DNA of 32,574 nt from Candidatus Cloacimonadota bacterium (GCA_029564175.1 JAKQQL010000500.1:1-32574); one strand, 5' to 3'. Shown: positions 19,682 to 29,614, numbered from the stretch's first letter. A program made the numbers and translations. Notes: generated by a model from the sequence alone, not told the origin.

Positions 19682-19707
19682 AAAATGCCGATTTTACACG
19701 GCATTTT
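19682..19707 (-). terminator. Intrinsic terminator after the DUF1292-like gene
   Basis: AAAATGCCG-ATTTTACA-CGGCATTTT inverted repeat, followed by a U-tract on the minus strand. Confidence 0.7.
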
Positions 19708-19729
19708 CTGAAAAATTTATTGATGAAGA

Positions 19730-20065
19730 CTATTCTTCTTCTTCGTCATCATCTTCTTCTTCGTCATCCATTGCTTCAAAATGAGCCTGGAATTCCTGAA
19801 CAACTTTGTTAAATTCTTCTTCATCATTAATATTGATAATTTCAACACCATCTTCAAGTTCTTTATATCCGTAGATATAATATTCTTCCTGACCTTCAGG
19901 GAGTAAAGCCATATAGTCTTTACCATCGATTTTGAGTGTATCCATGACTAAACATTCAACTTCAGATCCATCTTCGAATTCTAAAGTAATGTAGAGATCA
20001 TCGTTTTCTTCATGATTGTGATCTTCGCAACCACAAGAGCAATTTTTTTCATTGATGTCTGTCAT
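19730..20065 (-). CDS. DUF1292-like acidic protein with N-terminal Cys/His cluster
   Basis: CSCGCEDHNHEE, then ITLEFEDG...YMALLP...IYGY...INDEEEF. AAGGAG RBS. Confidence 0.75.
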   Translation of the reverse strand: MTDINEKNCSCGCEDHNHEENDDLYITLEFEDGSEVECLVMDTLKIDGKDYMALLPEGQEEYYIYGYKELEDGVEIININDEEEFNKVVQEFQAHFEAMDDEEEDDDEEEE

Positions 20066-20143
20066 TTTTGACTCCTTAATTTTATTAAGGATTTAATCCT
20101 TGATGTCTTTATAAATTTGAGGGAAAATTTAGCAAGCAAAATA

Positions 20144-20647
20144 TTAAATTTCTTCGTTTTTGGGGATAATGGCAAGACTTTTAATAAATTCATCATATTC
20201 AGCATGAGGTGCAAGATAAACAATTAAATTGATAATCTCAACCATTTTGGGGAATTGCATGGTTAAAAAGTGTTTTTTTTCTTCTCCGTTTTCTGTAAAA
20301 AAAATATAAAAACCTTTTGCTTTGCCTTTATACAATTCCATTTTACTGATTCGTAACCATGGAATGGTGATTTTCTTTTTTGCCAGAAATGCCAGCTCAA
20401 GTTGTTGATCATTAATATGAACAGAATTTAGAGAAAACAAATTTCTGCTGAGAGAATCAAGTGCCAGAAAAGCAATCAGAAAGGGTACAATTTTCATAAA
20501 AGCAGAAGAATCTTCATTGAGCTTTGTAAAGATGACGAAGATCGAATAAAGAATCAGTAAAATACTCATAGAAAGAGCAAAATATCTTGAAAAACGGGGA
20601 AAAACAAATTTTTTGGGTAGTTGATACAAATCTTCGTAAGGGTTCAT
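20144..20647 (-). CDS. Hypothetical membrane protein (2 TM plus possible PH-like domain)
   Basis: 167 aa, two hydrophobic helices, IPWLRI motif, 3 nt downstream of the PHP gene. Confidence 0.6.
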   Translation of the reverse strand: MNPYEDLYQLPKKFVFPRFSRYFALSMSILLILYSIFVIFTKLNEDSSAFMKIVPFLIAFLALDSLSRNLFSLNSVHINDQQLELAFLAKKKITIPWLRISKMELYKGKAKGFYIFFTENGEEKKHFLTMQFPKMVEIINLIVYLAPHAEYDEFIKSLAIIPKNEEI

Positions 20648-20650
20648 TTT

Positions 20651-21469
20651 TTAACCTCTTTTACTTAAATAGCGTGTTTTTAGTTCTTTGATACAAATAT
20701 CAGGAGCTGAGTAATTCAGGTAATAAAAATCATGCCCATGAAAATCTGAACCGCCTGTTCTGATGAGATTATGTTCTAAGGCGATTTGTTCATAGAGTTT
20801 AATTTGACCTGAAGAATGGGATGCGTAATAGACTTCAATTCCTTCAATTCCCATATCGATAAAATCATACAGCACGCTATCATCTTCCAGACGACCAGGG
20901 TGAGCTACAACAGGTATTCCGCCTGCCTGTTTAATGATTTCAATTGCATTTGCCGTATCAATTCGGTATTTAGGGACATAGACCGGAGAATCATTATTCA
21001 GATAATCATCAAATACACTTTTTATTGTTTTACAAAATCCATTTTCGATCATTGCTCTGGCAATATGGGGACGACCCACATATTTATGCTGACCGGCATA
21101 CTTTAGTACATCTTCCCAGTTCAGATCAATTCCTAATTGACGAAGGTTTTCAACCATTTGTTTGGCTCTACCGTAACGGCTGTCATATATTTTTTTTAAC
21201 ATTTCAACCAGATCAGGATTTTCAACGTCCACATAGTATGCTAATATGTGAACATCACTGGTTTGATAAATGGTACTGACTTCGACGCCTGGAATCAGAT
21301 CCATTGGATATTTTGTTAAATGTTTTGTTGCTTCCTGATAACCAAGTGTACTGTCGTGATCAGTAATAGAAAGATAAGCATAATGATTTTCCCATGCAAA
21401 TTTTAAAAGTTGTTCGGGACTTAATTTCCCGTCCGAAAAATTAGTATGTAAATGTAGATCTATTTTCAT
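20651..21469 (-). CDS. PHP-domain metal-dependent phosphoesterase (YciV/TrpH-like)
   Basis: DLHLHT-x2-SDG, ITDHD, GVEVS, HILAY, GRPHIA, AHP, TGGSDFHG. Confidence 0.92.
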   Translation of the reverse strand: MKIDLHLHTNFSDGKLSPEQLLKFAWENHYAYLSITDHDSTLGYQEATKHLTKYPMDLIPGVEVSTIYQTSDVHILAYYVDVENPDLVEMLKKIYDSRYGRAKQMVENLRQLGIDLNWEDVLKYAGQHKYVGRPHIARAMIENGFCKTIKSVFDDYLNNDSPVYVPKYRIDTANAIEIIKQAGGIPVVAHPGRLEDDSVLYDFIDMGIEGIEVYYASHSSGQIKLYEQIALEHNLIRTGGSDFHGHDFYYLNYSAPDICIKELKTRYLSKRG

Positions 21470-22992
21470 TCGTTTTCCTCTTCAAGTTTTCTGCATATTT
21501 CTTCTACTGCCCTGAAATTTACTTTACCGCTGGGTGCCATAGGAATATTTTCCAACACATGAAAGCGTTTTGGGATTGCCAGAGAGGGTAAATGTTTAGC
21601 CAGTAGTTTTTTTATTTTTTTTTGATCTATTTCTGTAGTAGTAACCGCTGCTACAATTTCAGCTCCTTTTACAGGGTCAGGAATTTCTACCACACAGCAT
21701 ATAGTGCCATCTGGAAGAACCATATCTAAAACGCTTTCTACTTTCGTCAAAGAAATCATTTCGCCTGCAATTTTTACAAAGCGTTTTAATCGGCCTTTGT
21801 GATATAAAAATCCGTCATTGTCCAGCATTCCTACATCACCGGTATCATACCAGCCATTTCTGATGCGAAGTGATGTTTCTTCCAGATCTCCATAATAGCC
21901 TTTCATAATTGAGTGTCCTTTTACAAGGATTTTTCCTTCTTCACCTGGAAGGCATTCATCATCTGTGTCCAGTTTGACGATTTTGACTCTTATACCAGGG
22001 ATAGGTCTGCCGATACTGTTTTCACGATTCGAGTCAGGCGTATTGGTTGAGATCACAGGACTGGTTTCTGTTGTGCCGTAGCCTTCAAGCACCTTGAGAT
22101 TATGGATTTTGAGATATTCTTCCTGAATTTGAGGATGTAACTTATCAGCTCCTGAGATGGCATATTTAACAGAATCGAAATCACCTGTCTGGGATTTTTT
22201 TAAATACCAGTAATAAAACGTGGGGGTAGCAACCATGATTGAAACTTTATGTTTTCTGATGGAATCCACAATCGTTTTGTAATCCAGCGGATTCGCATGC
22301 GCCACAACCTTGCATCCTAAAAACAGAGGAATCCAAAGATTGATAGTTAGTCCGAATACATGAAAATAGGGGAGATTTGCGACGAAAACATCTTCATGAC
22401 TGACATTTAAAACACTCAGAATGCCATTGATATTGGATAGAATATTTTTATGACTGAGCATAACCGCTTTTGGGTCTTTTTCACTACCGCTGGTAAATAA
22501 GATAACCAGATCATCATCTTCTTTTCCACCACTTACTAATGTTTTTAAAACAGAGGCAGGAAATTTTGCAACCATTGCAGCTTTTAATTTTTCCAGAATA
22601 TTGATTTTTTTCATCACCTCTTCAAGAAATACCATGCCTTTAACGGGTTCTTCCTGAATTTTTTCCAGAAGTTTTTCACTGGTAAGAATGGTCCTGAAAT
22701 TGCATTTTTTTTGAGCGTAGAGGCAGTTTTGAGTAGCTCCGGTAGAGTAATTAATCATGACAGGCGTTTTTCCTGCAAATAATACTGCCAAAACAGCGAT
22801 CGTACAGCCTGCTGAAGGAGGGAGCATGATACCTATGAATTTTCCTTGATATTTTTTGACTTTTTCTGCCATTAGGAGTGAGGCGATTAACAACTTCTCA
22901 AAGTTGACTTCTTTCCCTGACATTTGCTCATAAATTGCTGTTTTTTGGGGATATTTTTTTGCGACTTCAATGAATTGATGGTGTAAGAGCAT
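21466..22992 (-). CDS. AMP-binding enzyme resembling the acyl-ACP synthetase domain of Aas
   Basis: LFTSGSEKDPKAV, LPYFHVFG, EGYGTTETSP, WYDTGD, GRLKRFVKIAGEM, SGKVNF. Confidence 0.88.
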   Translation of the reverse strand: MLLHHQFIEVAKKYPQKTAIYEQMSGKEVNFEKLLIASLLMAEKVKKYQGKFIGIMLPPSAGCTIAVLAVLFAGKTPVMINYSTGATQNCLYAQKKCNFRTILTSEKLLEKIQEEPVKGMVFLEEVMKKINILEKLKAAMVAKFPASVLKTLVSGGKEDDDLVILFTSGSEKDPKAVMLSHKNILSNINGILSVLNVSHEDVFVANLPYFHVFGLTINLWIPLFLGCKVVAHANPLDYKTIVDSIRKHKVSIMVATPTFYYWYLKKSQTGDFDSVKYAISGADKLHPQIQEEYLKIHNLKVLEGYGTTETSPVISTNTPDSNRENSIGRPIPGIRVKIVKLDTDDECLPGEEGKILVKGHSIMKGYYGDLEETSLRIRNGWYDTGDVGMLDNDGFLYHKGRLKRFVKIAGEMISLTKVESVLDMVLPDGTICCVVEIPDPVKGAEIVAAVTTTEIDQKKIKKLLAKHLPSLAIPKRFHVLENIPMAPSGKVNFRAVEEICRKLEEENE

Positions 22993-23086
22993 AAAGACCT
23001 CTATTTAAAAAAATATGAAATATGAGCACAATCTAAATTGCCTAATTAAAGATTTTAAATCTAGATGTGTGCAGTTTAAAAAATAT

Positions 23087-23842
23087 TTATGATGACTCAT
23101 AATACCTGATTTCGATTTTTTCTTGATTAATGATACAATAGGACTTATGCTTTATCCAATCTCCAGAGTTGACATACCAGCCTTGTTTTATGGGAATGAG
23201 TTTTGGTTGATGGGAATGTCCCATTGCAACTACAAGGGATTTGGATTGATTGATAGTTTGAAAATCGTTTATCATTTTTTCTGCGAAACGAATGAGACCT
23301 TTTTCTTTTTTTTGTTGAAGGTCTGGAGAATCTTTTCGATTTCTGCTGGAGCGTGAAAGTGATGTTCCAAGGTATAAACTGAGTGTTGGGTGAATGCATT
23401 TTACCAACACTTTTACTGGAAAGCTTCTGATAATACGCCTGAAAATCTGATATCTGATGTCATTAACAGTATGTAGATCTCCATGAGTTACATAGAATGT
23501 GTTTAAGCCAATTGTTTCTGAAAAAAAGTCCTGATATAGTTCTATTCCGATAGTTTGGCTTAAAAAATTACCGAACCAAAAATCGTGATTACCAGTAACC
23601 ATTATTATTCTGATACCACTTTCTTTGAGGTCAGAGAGAATTTTTAAAATAGGAAAGTAATCTTTAATGATGACAGTATTCCATTCAATCCAAAGATCAA
23701 AAATGTCTCCATTTAAAATGAGAACTTCACAATTTTCTTTAAGTGATTTCAAAAAACAACAGACTCGGTTGAAGCGTTGATTATCTTCTTCATTTCCTAT
23801 ATATTTTAAATGAAAATCGGAGGCAATCACTATTCGAATCAC
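23087..23842 (-). CDS. lpxH: UDP-2,3-diacylglucosamine diphosphatase-like metallophosphoesterase
   Basis: SDFH, GDIFDLW, GNHDFW, HGD, GHSH calcineurin-like motifs in LpxH-style context. Confidence 0.72.
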   Translation of the reverse strand: MIRIVIASDFHLKYIGNEEDNQRFNRVCCFLKSLKENCEVLILNGDIFDLWIEWNTVIIKDYFPILKILSDLKESGIRIIMVTGNHDFWFGNFLSQTIGIELYQDFFSETIGLNTFYVTHGDLHTVNDIRYQIFRRIIRSFPVKVLVKCIHPTLSLYLGTSLSRSSRNRKDSPDLQQKKEKGLIRFAEKMINDFQTINQSKSLVVAMGHSHQPKLIPIKQGWYVNSGDWIKHKSYCIINQEKIEIRYYESS

Positions 23843-24534
23843 TGGTTTTTACCTCCAGTAAGATAATAGTATAAAATATTGGTGCCAAACTTAAGTGCTT
23901 TTTCTTTTACTTCTGGGGGATCATCATGAGTGGAGGCATTTCCCCATCCATCACTAATATTTGATTCGAATGAGTATAAAACCATAATTCTGCCCTCGTC
24001 AGAAAAAATAGCAAAGAGTTGAGGCCTTTTTTGATCGTGTTCATGGATTTTTGGGATGCCTTCCGGAAAGGAGAAATAACAATTATACAGGGGATGGTCT
24101 TTAGGTAACTCAATAAGAGATTTCTCAGGAAATACATTTTTCATTTCTCTTCTGAATGATTTGTCCATCCCATAATCATCATCAGCAAAGAGTAATCCTC
24201 CATTTTCAAGATGTTTTCTTAATCCGCTGATTTCATCTGATCTCAATTTAATATTCCCATGGCCTGTTATGAATAGAAATGGGTATTCATATAGTTTTTT
24301 ATCATTTAATCTGATATTTTTATCTTTAGGAGAAAAATCAGTTTGGATCTGATTATTGGCAAACTGAGCCAGATTAGGCAGTAATTCAGGATCATTATAC
24401 CAGTCTCCGCCCCCATCGTACTGTACTCTTGCCAATTGCATATTTCCTTTTCCCAAAAGCAGATAAAAGCAACATAAGAAGAGCAGGAGGATATGAAATC
24501 TTCTTAAAGTCTGATGTTTCAAAGTAACTATCAA
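23839..24534 (-). CDS. DUF4159-like secreted protein
   Basis: Signal-like N-terminus, YDGGGDWY, YPFLFITGHG, GGLLFADD, PKIHEHD, DGW. Exact start uncertain. Confidence 0.8.
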   Translation of the reverse strand: MIVTLKHQTLRRFHILLLFLCCFYLLLGKGNMQLARVQYDGGGDWYNDPELLPNLAQFANNQIQTDFSPKDKNIRLNDKKLYEYPFLFITGHGNIKLRSDEISGLRKHLENGGLLFADDDYGMDKSFRREMKNVFPEKSLIELPKDHPLYNCYFSFPEGIPKIHEHDQKRPQLFAIFSDEGRIMVLYSFESNISDGWGNASTHDDPPEVKEKALKFGTNILYYYLTGGKNQ

Positions 24535-24596
24535 TTCTAAATTCTCTTATTGGTTGATTTAGATAATTGTGTATAAATAAATATTCATAAAGCTTA

Positions 24597-25556
24597 TCAC
24601 TTATTTTTTACTTTCTTATGAGATAAATTGATCTGTCTTGTTTTAAATCCATGTCCCATCACATCAAATACATCTGTTAATGTGACAAAGGCATTGGCAT
24701 CATTTTCTTTTACAAGATCAATTAAAAGTGGTACCTGACGTCTATTCAAAACGCAGAATATAATATCTTGAGGTTCTCCGCTAAAACCGCCTTCTCCTTT
24801 GAAAATGGTAACACCTCTGCCTATTTCTTCCATTATCAGTTCTTTAATTTCAACTGATTTTTGAGACATGATAAAAACTCCTTTTACATAAGGAAGCCCT
24901 TCGCTGGTTAAATCTGTTATTTTGGAACAAATGAAAAGATTAATGTAACCAAAAATGACGAGTTTGGGATCTTTAAAAACAATACCAACAGTAAAGATAA
25001 TCAGTGTCTCGACAATCCAGTAACCGGTACCGATGGACAGACCTGTTTTTTGTTTGATTAAAGCGACCGGTATATCTGTTCCTCCTGTTGAGCCTCTGGA
25101 TTTAAAAATGATTCCCAGTCCCATACCCAATAAAACAGATCCTGAAATTGCAGAGAGAAAAATATCTGATGGATTTAGAAATGCATAAACAGTATGTCCA
25201 TCAACTAGATGCGTGTATTGAGACAGGTCTTTTATGATCCCAATTTTATATAGATTGGGAAGGCTGAGTAAATCTGTAAAAATAGAAGTAACTAGCATGC
25301 CAAAAAATGTCTTTATTCCAAATGAATGACCCAGATATATGACACTGAGTATAAACAAAGGAATGTTACAGGCAATCATAAAAGTTCCTACTGGAATACC
25401 AAACAGGTGATATAATATCTGTCCGAGACCACCAACTCCACCTGGAGCAATTTTATACGGGATAAGAAACCAAGAATATGAAATTGCAAAAATGATGGCT
25501 CCTATACAGATTCCGATATATTCTTCTAATGATTTTAGTGTCTTTCTTATTTTCAT
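24597..25556 (-). CDS. YitT family membrane protein
   Basis: APGGVGG, NIPLF, GSTGGTD, RGVT, GEGG, DANAF, VMGHGF. Confidence 0.92.
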   Translation of the reverse strand: MKIRKTLKSLEEYIGICIGAIIFAISYSWFLIPYKIAPGGVGGLGQILYHLFGIPVGTFMIACNIPLFILSVIYLGHSFGIKTFFGMLVTSIFTDLLSLPNLYKIGIIKDLSQYTHLVDGHTVYAFLNPSDIFLSAISGSVLLGMGLGIIFKSRGSTGGTDIPVALIKQKTGLSIGTGYWIVETLIIFTVGIVFKDPKLVIFGYINLFICSKITDLTSEGLPYVKGVFIMSQKSVEIKELIMEEIGRGVTIFKGEGGFSGEPQDIIFCVLNRRQVPLLIDLVKENDANAFVTLTDVFDVMGHGFKTRQINLSHKKVKNK

Positions 25557-25574
25557 TTTATTCCTCTTAATTCC

Positions 25575-25602
25575 ATTTTAAAAATATTTACCATGCCGTC
25601 AA
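25575..25602 (-). promoter_or_regulatory. Putative sigma70-type promoter TTGACG-N16-TAAAAT for the yitT-led minus-strand block
   Basis: Minus-strand hexamers 18 nt upstream of the yitT ATG. Confidence 0.45.
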
Positions 25603-25874
25603 TAAAAAAACGATTAAATCTAATTTTATTGTCAAAGTTACTGCCTAATCATCGTATGATTTATCAAAGTTAAGGCTGATTCTCTGTGATTTATTGTAAA
25701 TTAATCTTTTAAAGCTATGTTTATCTTTCTTTTATCTGAAGAATCTCCAATACTCAAACTATTTGCAAAACTCAGGATAATGGATTTCTTTGTATTGCTT
25801 GATGAAGATTGAAAAATTAACCTTTTGCTGTTGACATAAAATATAATTTCTAAAAAATCGTCATTGAGGTAAAG

Positions 25875-26378
25875 ATGAATAAAAAAATTATCCTGATACT
25901 CATCATGATAATGGTTATGATAAGTTGCAGTAAATCAGTTGAGAAAAAAGAAACATTTGTACCTGGAAAATTAGATTATGATGAGATTCAGAAACTGATC
26001 ATATCGGAGTATGCAGATAAAGAACACCCTGGACCCTTTTTCTGTGTTTATGAGACTTTATGGATAGAAGAAGACAGTTTTTATATCAGGAAGTATCTTT
26101 TTGCATTTATAGAAGAAATTGATGAAAATCTAAACAGCGATTATTCTGTTACATTACCATTTGTTATTACCGTTGATAAGGAAAAGAATAAAATTGTAAG
26201 ACATATTGCATACTCAGATAAATATATTGATCAGGAAATGCTTCAACAGGATTTTCCACGTGAAATCTTTGCTCGTGTCATTAATGCTGGTCCTGATGAA
26301 ATGAGCTATAAAATGGAACAGATGCACCAGGAAATCTTAAAACATGCCAGAAAATATTTTAAAATACCTGAAGAATAA
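25875..26378 (+). CDS. Hypothetical lipoprotein
   Basis: MNKK, hydrophobic stretch, MISC lipobox. GAGG RBS, TAATG overlap with the next gene. Confidence 0.7.
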   Translation: MNKKIILILIMIMVMISCSKSVEKKETFVPGKLDYDEIQKLIISEYADKEHPGPFFCVYETLWIEEDSFYIRKYLFAFIEEIDENLNSDYSVTLPFVITVDKEKNKIVRHIAYSDKYIDQEMLQQDFPREIFARVINAGPDEMSYKMEQMHQEILKHARKYFKIPEE

Positions 26379-27235
26379 TGAAAAATAACAAAACAATATC
26401 ACAATTTATCATTTCTGAAAATGCCCCTGCTCATGATTTTAGTCATGATTATATTATCAGTTTTCCTCTTGAAAATGCCAATTTATATATTGTTTCTGAT
26501 GGCGTCGGGTTGAATGAAGAAAAAGCAGCTGCAGCACAATTGACTGCAATGTCAATCAAAGAAATGATTTCAAAACCACATAAAAATATTTCCGAACAGA
26601 TTAAACGTGCCATATATCATTCAAATCAGGCTTTAATTGATTATGTGACAAATCATAAATATATAACTGGAATAGGCGCATCTGTTATAATTGCAGTTGA
26701 AACGACTGACAGCCTTTATTATACTATCATTGGAAAATCTATTCTGTTTTTAATTAGAAATAAACAAATAAGCCTGATTAATTATGATACTATTTATCAT
26801 AATAAAGAGATTAAATATCTGGGAAACAGTACTTTAAAACATATAGAAATTGTCAAAAACAAACTATATGAAGATGATCTCTATATTTTTTCAACACAAA
26901 GTTTTTTAAAATACATCACCCGTATGGAACTGCTAAAATACTGCTCTATCTTTCAATTTGATAATTTGAAAATTAATTTACTCTCTTTAATCAGAACGCA
27001 TCATTTACATGATGATATTAGTATGATTTTTCTAAAAGTTGAAAATGGAGCCAGAATGCCCGTTGATTTAAAAGCAGAAAATCAGCAAAAATTACATTTT
27101 ATGATAGCGATTATCGTTTTTATTCTTTGTACTGTTTTTTTTGTAAATACTTACCTACCCTTTGTCAGTCATCTGTTTAGTAACTCAGATCATACAGAGC
27201 AAATCATTGAACAGGAGATGTCAGATGACAGGTAA
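26378..27235 (+). CDS. PP2C/PrpC-fold protein, degenerate, with C-terminal TM helix
   Basis: LYIVSDGVG, AAQLTA, AIYHSNQAL, GIGAS, IGKS, DDISMI, followed by a hydrophobic helix. Confidence 0.65.
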   Translation: MKNNKTISQFIISENAPAHDFSHDYIISFPLENANLYIVSDGVGLNEEKAAAAQLTAMSIKEMISKPHKNISEQIKRAIYHSNQALIDYVTNHKYITGIGASVIIAVETTDSLYYTIIGKSILFLIRNKQISLINYDTIYHNKEIKYLGNSTLKHIEIVKNKLYEDDLYIFSTQSFLKYITRMELLKYCSIFQFDNLKINLLSLIRTHHLHDDISMIFLKVENGARMPVDLKAENQQKLHFMIAIIVFILCTVFFVNTYLPFVSHLFSNSDHTEQIIEQEMSDDR

Positions 27236-28091
27236 ATGGATAAAGATACTTTACATTATCTCCGGAATACTTCTTTTTCTATCTTTGATGGGCAGAGTTT
27301 ATGTTATTGCTTATGGTATCATGCCAAAATTTAGTAAAGTGCAAAGTGTAAGAATCCTCAGAATTGAGAATGAAAATGCTTTTATTAGTTTAATTGTTGA
27401 AGTTGAAAATCGATCTGCTGTACCATTTTCAATCATCAGTTCGGATATGTCTGTTTTTGATGCCAATCAGCATCTTGGTAAGGTTTTAATCAATAATAAT
27501 GTGAGAGTTCCTGGTAATTCTTCTTCTATCATTAAGTTTCAAATGAGTATTCCCCTTACTAAAATCAAGGAGATTCACCATAAAAATTTAGATAATTTGT
27601 ATATACAACTACAGGGAGCCTGTGATCTGAAAATGTTGGGCATTTATAAAAAAGTAATGATCAACCAAGAACTGAGTGTCTTGTTTTCAAAAATGATTGA
27701 AGAGTATGTCTTTAGAATATTTCAAAACAGTGTATATAATGAAAATGCTAATTTAAACCCTTATACAAGCCCTAAGACCATATTAATCCCATTAACATTC
27801 AGAAACGAATCAGGCGTAGATGTGAATATTTTAGACATGACTTCAAAAGTATCAGTCAATAAACTCCAATGTGGTTCTGGTAATATCAGTAACGAATTTC
27901 TGTTAGAAAACAATATTCGGGATAAATCGATGTTTATGGTATGCCAGTTGAATGGGCTTGATGCCATGCAGATTTCTAATCCCATTAACTTAAATGGCCG
28001 AAATGAATATAGTATAGAATCCTTACTCAAGCTTAGTTTTTGGGAGAAAATTTATACAATCAGAATAGAGTTAAATGGTGAAATTAAGTAA
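27225..28091 (+). CDS. LEA type 2 (WHy)-like membrane-anchored protein
   Basis: N-terminal TM, then two VENRS/FRNES-type LEA_2 repeats. Start at ATG 27225 (AGGAG RBS). Confidence 0.55.
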   Translation: MTGKWIKILYIISGILLFLSLMGRVYVIAYGIMPKFSKVQSVRILRIENENAFISLIVEVENRSAVPFSIISSDMSVFDANQHLGKVLINNNVRVPGNSSSIIKFQMSIPLTKIKEIHHKNLDNLYIQLQGACDLKMLGIYKKVMINQELSVLFSKMIEEYVFRIFQNSVYNENANLNPYTSPKTILIPLTFRNESGVDVNILDMTSKVSVNKLQCGSGNISNEFLLENNIRDKSMFMVCQLNGLDAMQISNPINLNGRNEYSIESLLKLSFWEKIYTIRIELNGEIK

Positions 28092-28269
28092 TACTCAAGT
28101 ATTCGTTGACAGAATTTTCTAAATAAAAATAATGTAATCATAAAATCTGGCTTGAATAAGATTGCATATACATAAAAACACATAGTTGTGAAATCAATCC
28201 AAACAGCTTTATAAATATTTTAATCATGAAAAGATAAAAACCTAACATAAAGAAAAACAGGGAGGAAAT

Positions 28270-28806
28270 GTGAAAGTAAAAAGTGTCATCATGGATAACG
28301 CAGCCATTGACAGAGCTTTAAAGCGCATGGCTCATGAAATTATTGAACAGAATAAAGGATTAGAAAACCTTTATCTGGTTGGTATTCGTACTCGGGGTGT
28401 TCCTATGGCTCAAAGAATTCAAGGTTATCTCAAAGAAATTGAAAATATCGAAATACCTGTTGGCTTGCTTGATATTACATTATATCGTGATGATTTAACT
28501 ACTATTTCACATCAGCCTGTGATTAAAGGCTCTGAAATCAATTTCGAATTGGATAATACGCGGGTGATCTTGTTTGATGATGTCTTATATACAGGCCGAA
28601 CTGTTCGGGCAGCACTTGAAGCCTTACTGGATTTTGGAAGACCTAAAGATATTCAGCTTTGTGTGCTGATTGATCGCGGGCACAGAGAGTTACCTATAAA
28701 GGCTGATTATGTCGGTAAAAATGTGCCTACCTCTTCAGATGAAATTATCAAAGTGAGTTTTAATGAAACTGATGCTGATGATTCTGTTAAAATTTTGATG
28801 AGATAA
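28270..28806 (+). CDS. pyrR: Bifunctional pyrimidine regulatory protein / uracil phosphoribosyltransferase
   Basis: [52 protein letters not shown] start. Confidence 0.96.
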   Translation: MKVKSVIMDNAAIDRALKRMAHEIIEQNKGLENLYLVGIRTRGVPMAQRIQGYLKEIENIEIPVGLLDITLYRDDLTTISHQPVIKGSEINFELDNTRVILFDDVLYTGRTVRAALEALLDFGRPKDIQLCVLIDRGHRELPIKADYVGKNVPTSSDEIIKVSFNETDADDSVKILMR

Positions 28807-28819
28807 ATCTGGAGAATAC

Positions 28820-29614
28820 ATGTCATTTTATAAACAGATTCAAAATATTTCTGCTGCAAACAAATCTTATGTATGTGTTGGTCTGGATAGTGATATCTGT
28901 AAATTGCCTAATTGTTTGAAAAATGATCCAAATCCAATCTGGCGATTTAACAGAGAGATTATTGATGCAACAAAAACCACAGTTGCTGCCTATAAACCTA
29001 ACTATGCGTTTTATCTTTCAGCAGGCAAAAAAGGAATAGAAGCGTTAGAAAGAACTATAGAATATATTCCTTCTCACATACCTGTCATTTTGGATGTAAA
29101 ATCTGGAGATATTGGTAATACAATGGAACATTATGCGAATGGCTATTTTGATGAAATGAAAGTTCATGCAATTACTGTAAATCCTTTAATGGGTTCAGAT
29201 GTTTTTAAAGCGGTTTTTCAGAAAGAAAACAGATATATATTTATCCTTGCGCTTACTTCAAATCCATCCGCAAATGATTATTTGTTACCCAATGATTTAT
29301 ACATAAAACTTGCTAAGGATATTCAATTATTAGGTAAAGAGAAAGCCGGTGCTGTTGTAGGTGCTACCCAGACGGCTCAGTTGAAAACAATGCGTGATTT
29401 GATGCCTGATGCGCTATTTCTGGTTCCTGGTATTGGAGCACAGGGTGGCTCAGTTAAAGATGTCGCAGATCATGCAAAAATCACTTCTGATAATGCGGGT
29501 TTCTTAATCAATTCTTCAAGAGGCATCATATTCGCTGATCATTCAGAAAATTTTGCTGAAGCCGCTTATCAAGCAAGCGATGAATTAAGAAAAGAGATTA
29601 ATCAGTATTTATAA
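28820..29614 (+). CDS. pyrF: Orotidine-5'-phosphate decarboxylase (subfamily 2)
   Basis: CVGLD, YKPN, DVKSGDIGNT, TSNP, GAVVGAT, LVPGIGAQGG, INSSR. Confidence 0.95.
   Translation: MSFYKQIQNISAANKSYVCVGLDSDICKLPNCLKNDPNPIWRFNREIIDATKTTVAAYKPNYAFYLSAGKKGIEALERTIEYIPSHIPVILDVKSGDIGNTMEHYANGYFDEMKVHAITVNPLMGSDVFKAVFQKENRYIFILALTSNPSANDYLLPNDLYIKLAKDIQLLGKEKAGAVVGATQTAQLKTMRDLMPDALFLVPGIGAQGGSVKDVADHAKITSDNAGFLINSSRGIIFADHSENFAEAAYQASDELRKEINQYL

Noticed and set aside
25603..25830. Possible ncRNA or operator repeats in the divergent yitT/lipoprotein gap (TCAAAGTTA twice)
   Set aside because: Short AT-rich matches with no convincing stem structure, which I cannot distinguish from chance.
511..28030. 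Short alternative-frame or antisense ORFs in the track (e.g. 511-762, 1353-1562, 10273-10656, 12557-12853, 20816-21106, 27761-28030)
   Set aside because: They overlap well-supported genes and lack recognisable motifs, so they are treated as shadow ORFs.
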